Of a DNA stretch of 64,000 nt, positions 1 to 7,317 are shown one piece after another. Both the position numbers and the translations under genes were made by a program. Within the stretch, counting starts at the first letter, position 1; each line of letters begins with the position of its first letter. The notes beneath the pieces are model-generated. The model saw only the letters and a list, made by a program, of their open reading frames with translations, was not told the DNA's origin and did not search any database. This stretch comes from a virus, in the IMG/VR virus record IMGVR_UViG_3300027970_000012, positions 27,445 through 91,444 of that record, one strand, 5' to 3'.

Positions 1-63
1 CTTCGCGCATAATAATTTAATCTCACTTCTATACTGTAATTTAACCTAATATGATTGTAAAGA

Positions 64-936
64 TTATAAATCTTCTATGTCCCTAAATCCTAAGAAAACA
101 GGATGCCTAGGCAATTCCTTCACTCCGTGAGCAAAATACTTATATTTTACCAATTTACCAATATAATATTCTTGATTCTCCCAAATCTCATTCCGCACTT
201 CATCATTTAGTCCAGAACCAATACTGAACTCCAATCCAGATGTATTTCTAACCCAGAGTGCTCCAGCAGTTCCTGTAGCTACCATTCCATCAAGTGCTGA
301 CGAACGTTTAGTTCGCCCAAAGTTATCCTTCTCCGCGAGATTTTGATTACTCAGTTTTTCTTCAATTCCTAAGATAACTGCTTCATCATCTAGAAATCTC
401 TTTACTTTGAGTAGAATATTATCATTTACAGTGGACCTACCGAACTTATATGTTCCCATTGGGTCACGAAGCATTACTCCCTCATATCCAGCCTCTAAAC
501 AAATTTGCTCATATGCATTCAATTCTTCAAGTGTCTTTATACTAATTCCAGATAGTATTTGATATTCAAATGGAATATCAAGTTTAGGAAGATTAGGCAT
601 TCTAAGATAAAATGGAAGAATTTCCGTGTCGGATGGGTCAACGTAATCAAAAATCCACATTTTAAAATTAGGTTCTCCCTCAATGGTCATAATTCCAGAA
701 GTTGAGTCCTGAAAGTTATTTCCACAAGTCAGTTCTCCATCAATACCCTCTGGTAAAAATATTCGCAGTAGTTCCTGAATATAAACGTTCCTTATAGGTT
801 TGAATGTTCTAGATACAGCTTGCCCGTCAATCATCAAGGTTCTAATTCCATCAATCTTAGGAGTAGCAATATAAGGAAATTTCGCTTTATTTGGGTCAAA
901 TTTTCCCGCTAATAGTGGCTTGGTTATTCTAGGCAC
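64..936 (-). CDS. lig: Minimal ATP-dependent DNA ligase, Chlorella virus PBCV-1 type
   Basis: Motif I KIDGIR, EGVMLRDP, YKFGRS..LLKVKRF, latch-like KDNFGRTKRS, C-terminal PRHPVFLGFR; 290 aa. Confidence 0.95.
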   Translation of the reverse strand: MPRITKPLLAGKFDPNKAKFPYIATPKIDGIRTLMIDGQAVSRTFKPIRNVYIQELLRIFLPEGIDGELTCGNNFQDSTSGIMTIEGEPNFKMWIFDYVDPSDTEILPFYLRMPNLPKLDIPFEYQILSGISIKTLEELNAYEQICLEAGYEGVMLRDPMGTYKFGRSTVNDNILLKVKRFLDDEAVILGIEEKLSNQNLAEKDNFGRTKRSSALDGMVATGTAGALWVRNTSGLEFSIGSGLNDEVRNEIWENQEYYIGKLVKYKYFAHGVKELPRHPVFLGFRDIEDL

Positions 937-1480
937 TGTTAGTTTCTATCCAATCAGGTTTTCTATGCGGGGCACGAACATAATCGGTCGCTGCCCAAGG
1001 TTTTGATGCAATGTATCTTTTATATGCCTCAAATGTGGAGATAGATTCATCATATTTAAGCTCATCGGGCATAGCTCGTGTAAATTCGTTTAGCTCACAT
1101 AAATGAGGAATTCGATTTGGCCGCATTCCAATATTAGTCTCAAAAATATTGTATGCAACAATTAGTGTGTCTAAGCAACCGTGAGAGCGTCCGTATCTCC
1201 TATCAAATTCATCACATAATCCAAACCCATGCATTATCAGCCAAGCAAGATTATTTACATTTCTTGCTGCCCATACTGTGCAAGGATGATTGCGAAATGC
1301 ACCTCTTTCGGTTTTATATGGAGTTCTATCTTTTTTAGGTATGGTTCCCCAATCAAAATACCACTTGGAATACACAAGTGCAATCATTTGACATGTCTCA
1401 ATCCCCATTTTACATATATGAGAGTCAGGAAGTACATTAGCACTATCAATTGGATTTGATGAGGTCACAAAAATATTCAT
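929..1480 (-). CDS. Pyrimidine dimer DNA glycosylase-like protein
   Basis: MNIF..P..SA..LPD.H..KM..E..QM start, NHPCTVW, FTRAMPD, AYKRY motifs typical of this cyanophage family. Confidence 0.7.
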   Translation of the reverse strand: MNIFVTSSNPIDSANVLPDSHICKMGIETCQMIALVYSKWYFDWGTIPKKDRTPYKTERGAFRNHPCTVWAARNVNNLAWLIMHGFGLCDEFDRRYGRSHGCLDTLIVAYNIFETNIGMRPNRIPHLCELNEFTRAMPDELKYDESISTFEAYKRYIASKPWAATDYVRAPHRKPDWIETNSA

Positions 1481-1498
1481 AATAAAATAAATTCAAAG

Positions 1499-1801
1499 TT
1501 ATGATAAAGAAAGTGCAAGTTCAATTGCACTTTTAGCTGATGGTAGAGTTGGCCAGCCTAAATGTAAATTAGCTACATTAAGCTCTTTTTCTGAGGGCCT
1601 TCTCATTTGAAATCCAATTAAGTCATCATCAGGAGAACAATTCCACTGAAAGCTAATGGGACGAATAAAATAAATTCCAGCGTGAGCAACTACAATGTCC
1701 TGTAGGTCAACAAATCCTAATCCACGTAATGCACACTCAAGCTTAAGAGAGTAGCATCCATCAATTACTTTAAGTCTACTCGGCATTTGATGTAAAAGCA
1801 A
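1499..1801 (-). CDS. Hypothetical protein (start may be the ATG near 1786)
   Basis: Intact ORF, co-directional and tightly packed. Confidence 0.65.
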   Translation of the reverse strand: MLLHQMPSRLKVIDGCYSLKLECALRGLGFVDLQDIVVAHAGIYFIRPISFQWNCSPDDDLIGFQMRRPSEKELNVANLHLGWPTLPSAKSAIELALSLS

Positions 1802-1823
1802 GATTTGAAATATTTATTTCAAC

Positions 1824-2105
1824 TCACCAAATAACATCAAAAAGTGGAGGGTCCGTCCCTGTTAAAATAAATACAATAGCTTCACCTAATTTAAACCCTT
1901 CTGAGCTTGAAAACATAAACGTAAGCGGCCATCCGTGTTTACATTCCCAACCACCTTGACCATAAAAATAAATTAGAGCTGCCCGAGTAGCTAACAGTTC
2001 CAACCAATTATCTTGATATGATACTGCAGAAGGTGCTCTAAATTGTACTGGGGAATCCTCTTCGGTGTGGACTTCTTTAATTTTATAGTAAAATTTCTTT
2101 TCCAT
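1824..2105 (-). CDS. Hypothetical protein
   Basis: Intact 93 aa ORF downstream of a sigma70-like promoter. Confidence 0.65.
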   Translation of the reverse strand: MEKKFYYKIKEVHTEEDSPVQFRAPSAVSYQDNWLELLATRAALIYFYGQGGWECKHGWPLTFMFSSSEGFKLGEAIVFILTGTDPPLFDVIW

Positions 2106-2190
2106 ATACTTTAATATGTGGGTAGTGGCTTCAAATCTGGGTCTAATTCAAGAGCAATAGCAAACATACTCATTTAGCTTCACTTCGTTC

Positions 2191-2219
2191 ATCCTAGCAG
2201 GACTACGAACTCAAGTCAA
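2191..2219 (-). promoter_or_regulatory. Sigma70-type early promoter
   Basis: TTGACT-N17-TAGGAT with extended -10 TG. Confidence 0.65.
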
Positions 2220-2355
2220 GTCTTCCCAATTTGTATTTCTCATTCCCTAGTTCAATAATATTCTCTCCATTCTCAGATAAAGCTATCTGTAGTTACTTTC
2301 TTAATTTTACATCTGCAAGAATTTCTTTCATTCTATCTGAAATATGAGCTTTCAT
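2203..2355 (-). pseudogene. Small ORF with an internal TAA
   Basis: MKAHISDRMKEILADVKLRK*LQIALSENGENIIELGNEKYKLGRLDLSS*; stop at 2293-2295; starts 2 nt after the upstream gene's stop. Confidence 0.55.
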
Positions 2356-2357
2356 AA

Positions 2358-3062
2358 TTAATACTTCTCTATGGAATACATTCCATTCTTTTCCACAATT
2401 GCGGAACAGATATCGCACCAATCACCACAACACATATAAGTGATTGTATCAAATCTTCTAATATTTGGAACGTGAATGTGCCCACAAATGATTCCATCGT
2501 ATTTTTCATCTCGTTGAGCACAATATGATGCTATATCAGTCTCATATTGCTGAATATATTTTCTTCCGCGAATACTATTCTTAAGTAGACTAATCAGTGA
2601 AAACTTCAAATATTTTTCTAAGAAGATATTCAGTGGAGTCACAAATTCATAACCCTTATTGAAGAGTAATTGCTTCCAGGACCCAGAAGAATACTCAGAA
2701 TACTTGTCACCATGAACACATAGGAATTTATGTCCAGTTGAATCTATATGAACATATTCGTTCACTATATTCAGATTTTTGTACTCAAACTTAGCATATC
2801 TACGAATCTGAGCCTCGTGATTTCCTAGAATATAAACTACTTCCGTTCCAGTTTTCATTAAATTTAATATCTGATGAATGCACTCAGTATGTTCTCTTCT
2901 CCATCTTGTGTTATATTTCTCCATACAGTAGATGTCTACAATATCACCTACTAGCACCAATTTTTTAGTTTTGAGTTCCTTTAAAAACTTAAGAAGTTTT
3001 TTTGTATTACATCGGTCAGTTCCCAAATGTGAATCTGATATAAAGACTGTATCATATTTCAT
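2358..3062 (-). CDS. Calcineurin-like metallophosphoesterase (UDP-2,3-diacylglucosamine hydrolase-like)
   Basis: DSHLG, GDIVD, GNHE, HGD, GHIH motifs. Confidence 0.9.
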   Translation of the reverse strand: MKYDTVFISDSHLGTDRCNTKKLLKFLKELKTKKLVLVGDIVDIYCMEKYNTRWRREHTECIHQILNLMKTGTEVVYILGNHEAQIRRYAKFEYKNLNIVNEYVHIDSTGHKFLCVHGDKYSEYSSGSWKQLLFNKGYEFVTPLNIFLEKYLKFSLISLLKNSIRGRKYIQQYETDIASYCAQRDEKYDGIICGHIHVPNIRRFDTITYMCCGDWCDICSAIVEKNGMYSIEKY

Positions 3063-3664
3063 AAAATACTGGCTTTTATGTATTTAGTTTTCGGTCTGGC
3101 CTGGACCAGAGTAAGTATTTCTACATTTTCAATGTATCGTTTAGCAGTTTCATGACGAGTTTCCCCAGGGTACTTACGGGCCACTTGCATAATCAAATCT
3201 AAGTATAATGCTTTGTAATCTTTGGTATCTACTGAAGATTCTTTTGATTCAATTAACATTGCTTTCGTATTTTGTGGCGAGACTGGAGTAGTCAATACTT
3301 TACTCCATTTTTCATAAAGTTCTTCCTTGGTCAAGTGAGTTAGGCCCGTCTCACTCGTATCTATACATGACATTATTGCCGCGCTTCTTAATCTCTGCTC
3401 TCGTGCGAACATGGCACACATCTCTAGACTTTCTCTTCCTTTATCACTCAAAAGAACGTCTAGAATATCAACAGACGATACTCCAGAAGAATCTATAGTA
3501 ACTTTAGGATGATTACGTTTATATTCTTTACGTTCCCATAAGTATTGTTTATATTTTAATTTAGTTTTTTTAAAAAATTCACCATAACAACAATACCTCT
3601 TCTTTTTTGTATGAAAATGCCCAGTAATCATCCGTATCCTCATTATAATATACTTTAACTCCAT
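3059..3664 (-). CDS. Hypothetical protein; 5' end uncertain (possible frameshift near 3565-3585)
   Basis: Long ORF whose annotated start overlaps the upstream gene by 86 nt. Confidence 0.55.
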   Translation of the reverse strand: MELKYIIMRIRMITGHFHTKKKRYCCYGEFFKKTKLKYKQYLWERKEYKRNHPKVTIDSSGVSSVDILDVLLSDKGRESLEMCAMFAREQRLRSAAIMSCIDTSETGLTHLTKEELYEKWSKVLTTPVSPQNTKAMLIESKESSVDTKDYKALYLDLIMQVARKYPGETRHETAKRYIENVEILTLVQARPKTKYIKASIL

Positions 3665-3797
3665 CTCCTAACTCATTAACTAGAGAATTTATTTTAGTTA
3701 CTTCTATCTCATTCTCAAATTGATAAAAATTGCCAATTACGACTTCCATATCTTCTGAATGCTTTTGGAGTTCTTCAATTAGTGCCTTGAGTTTCAT
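3579..3797 (-). CDS. Hypothetical protein
   Basis: 72 aa ORF preceded by AAGGA. Confidence 0.7.
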   Translation of the reverse strand: MKLKALIEELQKHSEDMEVVIGNFYQFENEIEVTKINSLVNELGDGVKVYYNEDTDDYWAFSYKKEEVLLLW

Positions 3798-3809
3798 TCA
3801 TATTTCCTT

Positions 3810-4175
3810 CTAATGCTTTTTGTTGAAGCTTGAATGATGGTTCCATATATATTTCTTAAATCTATCTACTATACCCTGACGAACATACCTATCCAGAAGA
3901 ACAGAGCCGCAATTTGGAGGCATTTCACCCAAAGTATTTTCATAATGATGAACAAATAGAGGTTTCCAATGTAGATGATGTTGCATTAAAGCCTCTTTAT
4001 TTACTTTAATTTTATACTCTAATTCTGGAATTAAGCCATCATTTACGAGGCTACGTTCCTCAATCTGAATCGCATCGACATCGTCAAAAATATTATATCA
4101 TGGTATATGAATACCTTCTTTATCTAACTGCTCTTTAACGGAGTCACTAATGTAGAAGTCTTGATATAGAGTCAT
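3810..4175 (-). pseudogene. 121-codon ORF interrupted by one in-frame TGA
   Basis: MTLYQDFYISDSVKEQLDKEGIHIP*YNIFDDVDAIQIEE...HHSSFNKKH*; TGA at 4098-4100; fills an apparent intergenic gap exactly. Confidence 0.6.
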
Positions 4176-4215
4176 TTTACTTACACTAAAATTAAATTAT
4201 ATAGAAAGAAGTATA

Positions 4216-4914
4216 TTATGTCAAGTGATTGAGGTTGATAAATGACAACACATCCTCAATTGGTAAAATATCAGTAAGATGTTCGGTCATTCCCCGACCC
4301 ATGCTCATTTCAGTTAATGGTGACTTGTATTGAGAAAACTCCTTCAAAACTTTCTTTTCTAAATTCCATATATCTATAGATTTTCCTGACCACTCTCCAA
4401 TAAGCTCAGACGTTTCCTTTTTACGATATAGCCAACCTTTATATGACCTACCTATTTTATAATTACCATTGTGAAGTTTTATAAAGTAAAGTTTATCTGG
4501 TCTCTCATTATCTTTTGGTCTCTGAAATCCAGACCAAGGTTGCCCATTAGCTGTTATTCTTTTTCTTGCTTGGGAATACTTCTCAAGTGTTTCCTTACTA
4601 TATGGAGTTGAATTTTTTACTCCTTCGGGTCTCCCACCAACTCCAGGACACTTTTTACCCTTGTTCCAGGGTGATTTTTGGTGAGCAGGATTATTTTTTC
4701 CAAGTTTTGCCTTTCTACCACAACAAGTTTTACTGGTCTTCATACCGCAAACTAGTATTTCTCGTTCACCAGAACATTCACAATATACCTTTATCCTTTC
4801 TCTTTTTGTATGAGTTCTATTTTCGCCCCTATATTCCAATTTCCTATTTTCACAAAGCTTATTTAGTATATCAAATGTGTAAGTTCCTTTCATAAAACTC
4901 TCATAAGTTTCCAC
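4216..4914 (-). CDS. Free-standing putative homing endonuclease (NUMOD-like motifs plus C-terminal GIY-YIG-like/T5orf172-type domain); likely start ATG 4893
   Basis: SPWNKGKK and YSKETLEKYS motifs; LYFIK..YKIGRS..LEKKVLKEF..GMTE; late promoter directly upstream. Confidence 0.7.
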   Translation of the reverse strand: METYESFMKGTYTFDILNKLCENRKLEYRGENRTHTKRERIKVYCECSGEREILVCGMKTSKTCCGRKAKLGKNNPAHQKSPWNKGKKCPGVGGRPEGVKNSTPYSKETLEKYSQARKRITANGQPWSGFQRPKDNERPDKLYFIKLHNGNYKIGRSYKGWLYRKKETSELIGEWSGKSIDIWNLEKKVLKEFSQYKSPLTEMSMGRGMTEHLTDILPIEDVLSFINLNHLT

Positions 4915-4917
4915 TAG

Positions 4918-4925
4918 TATTTATA
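4918..4925 (-). promoter_or_regulatory. T4-type late promoter
   Basis: Exact TATAAATA. Confidence 0.75.
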
Positions 4926-4950
4926 TAAAAGGAGCCCACGTGGGCTCCTT
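4925..4950 (-). terminator. Rho-independent terminator after psbA
   Basis: Palindrome AAGGAGCCCACGTGGGCTCCTT running into a T tract on the - strand. Confidence 0.8.
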
Positions 4951-4957
4951 ATGAGCA

Positions 4958-7131
4958 TTACCCAATTGCTGGAGCAGTAAGGGCAATAGAGGTTTCCTTG
5001 GTCATAGCAAGGTCTAAAGGAAAATTATGGGCATTCTTATATTTCTTTAGGTTTCTGGTATTACTACCAGGATTGGACTATATCATCATCATTTCTGATG
5101 CCGGACGCTTAAACCTGTTATTAAGAAAACTATATTCCTCAGGTAGTCTCTGAACCTTTCTTAGATGTATCTAAGACTTGGCTGCTGATTACCCACTTAG
5201 GGTTTCCAGCAATTCATCCGATTTAAAGAGCGCAATACCCAAATCTACGCTCGTGCATAACTTCCAGTCCCAAGTTTGCCCGATTAAGAACATCAGCCCA
5301 GGTATTAATAACGCGGCCCTGATGGTCTAAAATACTCTGATTGAAATTTAGTCCGTTCAAATTGAACCCAGACATAAAAATACCAGCAGCGGCAAACCAT
5401 ATCCCGATGACAGGTAGAGCAGCCATTACAAAATGCAGTGAACGACTATTGTTAAACGATGCATATTGAAACAATAATCTCCCCAGATATCCATGTGCGG
5501 AAACTAAATTATAAGTTTCCTGCTCCTGTCCGAACTTATAACCATAGTTCTGGCTCTCATTCTCTGTTGTTTCTCTAACAAGAGAGCTAGTGACCAATGA
5601 ACCATGAACTGAACTGACCAGGGCTCCCCCGAATACACCAATAACTCCAAGTTGATGAAACGGATTCATAAGAATATTATGTTCAGCCTGAACACTTTAC
5701 CCAAACTTTCGTAAGGGAGTGGACTATATCATCACCCCATAATGGGGGCAGGGCGCTTATTCTGGTTATTAAGAGGACTAAACCTCTCCAGTAGTCTCTG
5801 AACCTTTTGGAGGTGTACCTCCAACTTGGATGCTGATTTCCATATTATATTGTTCTTTTAAAAATTGAATAAATTGTTCTTTTGTATTATTACCATACCC
5901 ATATTTATTGTGAAATTCTTTATGAATTTGCTTTGTTAAAAGAATTCCATTAGTAATATCATATCTTAAATCTGGATATGCGTTCCAACCATATAAATGG
6001 TGGACCACTAAATCTTTTTTAGACCCGGTGACGCAACAATAACGTCCAACTCTTTTCCTGACGGCGTTTATCCAAATATAATAATCTGTTGAGGGATTAT
6101 GAAAATCTCTACTTAATGTACCTTTGAAAGCTGGGTGATGTTTTCCATATACACCTTTCAAAGAACCTTTTCGCCCAGTTGCCTTTTTACTTAATTTTTG
6201 TCTAGTTTGTACAGAAACAAATTTATTAGTATGCAATTCAGAAATTCTTTTCTTTTTGCAATGTGGGCAACCTGTTTTAGGTGAGTTTTTATAAGACGCT
6301 AAAGATGTTTCAAATTCATTATTACAAGTAAAACAAAGAAACTTTATTTTACTTTTAACGCAAGTATACCCGTCCATAGAAATTAATTTATGATTTCTAG
6401 ATTCGGCAATATTTTGAATATGCTCAAAAGAAAGTGGTTTACTCATTTAATATCATACTAACATATTTTATTTATATTAGCACAATATTGAAAGACTGCA
6501 AATATAACTTAGGGTTCCAGCAGTTCACCCTATTTAGCCAAGGAAATTACTTTCCAGGAGTGCCTCAAACTGACACTAACATAAAATTAAATTGACCAGA
6601 AATTCCTAGAGGAAATCCATCAGAAAACGAACCTTGTGAAATAGGATAGGCTAGAAAAATTGCAGTTGCAGCAGCTACGGGAGCAGAATATGCAACAAAA
6701 ATAAATGGACGCATTCCCAATCGGTATGATAATTCCCATTCACGACCCATATAAGCATAAATGGCAATCATAAAATGGAAAACAATGAGCTGATATTCAC
6801 CACCATTATAAAGCCATTCATCAAGAGACTGTGCTTCCCAGATTGGATATAGATGCAATCCAATAGCATTGGAACTAGGAATTATGGATGCTGTAATTAT
6901 ATTATTTCCATACATTAAAGAGCCAGAGACCGCCTCCCTAATACCATCCAAATCAGTTGGTGGTGCGGCAATGAACCCCAAAATAAAGCAAGTAGTAGCA
7001 ACTAAAGCTGTCGGAATCATCAGAACTCCAAACCAACCGATATACAATCTATTATCAGTTGAGGTTATCCAGGAACAAAATCGTTCCCAGAGATTTTCGC
7101 CAGAACGGCGTGTAGCAATTGTAGAAGTCAT
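4958..7131 (-). CDS. psbA: Photosystem II D1 protein, three exons (7131-6573, 5692-5247, 5035-4958), 360 aa after splicing
   Basis: Joined exons total 1083 nt in frame and restore NFMLV-F-QAEHNIL and [15 protein letters not shown]. Confidence 0.97.
5036..5246 (-). mobile_element. Group I intron, 211 nt, no ORF, between D1 codons R334 and N335
   Basis: Exon ends in U, intron ends in G; P1 GAGCGU/GCGCUC; P10 UGGGUAUU/AAUGCCCA; core AAUUGCUGGAAA, AAUCAGCAG, GUUCAGAGACUA, GAUAUAGUCC. Confidence 0.93.
5778..6446 (-). CDS. Intron-encoded HNH homing endonuclease (Zn ribbon, NUMOD3-like, HNH)
   Basis: CFTC..CPHC; [12 protein letters not shown]; [21 protein letters not shown]; 3' end reads through the intron core. 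Confidence 0.9.
   Translation of the reverse strand: MSKPLSFEHIQNIAESRNHKLISMDGYTCVKSKIKFLCFTCNNEFETSLASYKNSPKTGCPHCKKKRISELHTNKFVSVQTRQKLSKKATGRKGSLKGVYGKHHPAFKGTLSRDFHNPSTDYYIWINAVRKRVGRYCCVTGSKKDLVVHHLYGWNAYPDLRYDITNGILLTKQIHKEFHNKYGYGNNTKEQFIQFLKEQYNMEISIQVGGTPPKGSETTGEV
6469..6476 (-). promoter_or_regulatory. T4-type late promoter inside the intron
   Basis: Exact TATAAATA 22 nt upstream of the HNH ATG. Confidence 0.75.
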
Positions 7132-7142
7132 AAGTTAACAAG

Positions 7143-7246
7143 TAAAATGTGTTCAGGGGAATGAACAATACAGTATTTTCACGCTACCCTCAGGCGTGAA
7201 TATGAGAGACGTATTTGAATTGCTCATAAGTCTCGGTGAAGCAATA
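7143..7246 (-). ncRNA. PhotoRC-II-like structured psbA leader RNA
   Basis: ACCGAGAC..GTCTCTCATA..GAGGG..TTCCCCTGA pattern; stems ATTGCT/AGCAAT, TTCACGC/GCGTGAA, TGTTCA/TGAACA; loops complementary (GAGAC/GTCTC, AGGG/CCCT). Confidence 0.7.
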
Positions 7247-7270
7247 GAAGCCTTTGTCAGCCTTCCAACA

Positions 7271-7305
7271 TATTTATACTAGCAGATGTTACGTTTTGTT
7301 ACAAT
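7271..7305 (-). promoter_or_regulatory. psbA composite promoter: sigma70, T4 late and HLR1-like direct repeat
   Basis: TTGTAA-N17-TAGTAT overlapping TATAAATA (7271-7278); GTTACGTT-TT-GTTACAAT at 7288-7305 on the + strand. Confidence 0.65.
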
Positions 7306-7317
7306 GAGTAGAATTAC

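Larger units (their letters stand above)
5693..6572 (-). mobile_element. Group I intron, 880 nt, inside the D1 F186 codon, carrying an HNH gene
   Basis: GTG T|...G|TT CAG junction; P1 AGUGU/GCACU with U.G at the splice site; P10 CAGUUUGAG/UUCAGGCUG; conserved core elements. Confidence 0.93.

Noticed and set aside
5223-7131. ORF-track psbA pieces read as a fragmented pseudogene
   Set aside because: Group I splice sites join them into an intact 360 aa D1; the tails SV* and RFGYCAL* are intron read-in
4958-7131. D1 as chlorophyll f synthase or rogue D1
   Set aside because: All Mn4CaO5 ligands and YZ/H190 are present, and YMGREW lacks the ChlF QD motif
7280-7310. NtcA site upstream of psbA
   Set aside because: Reads GTA-N8-TAA rather than GTA-N8-TAC; the direct-repeat HLR1 reading fits better
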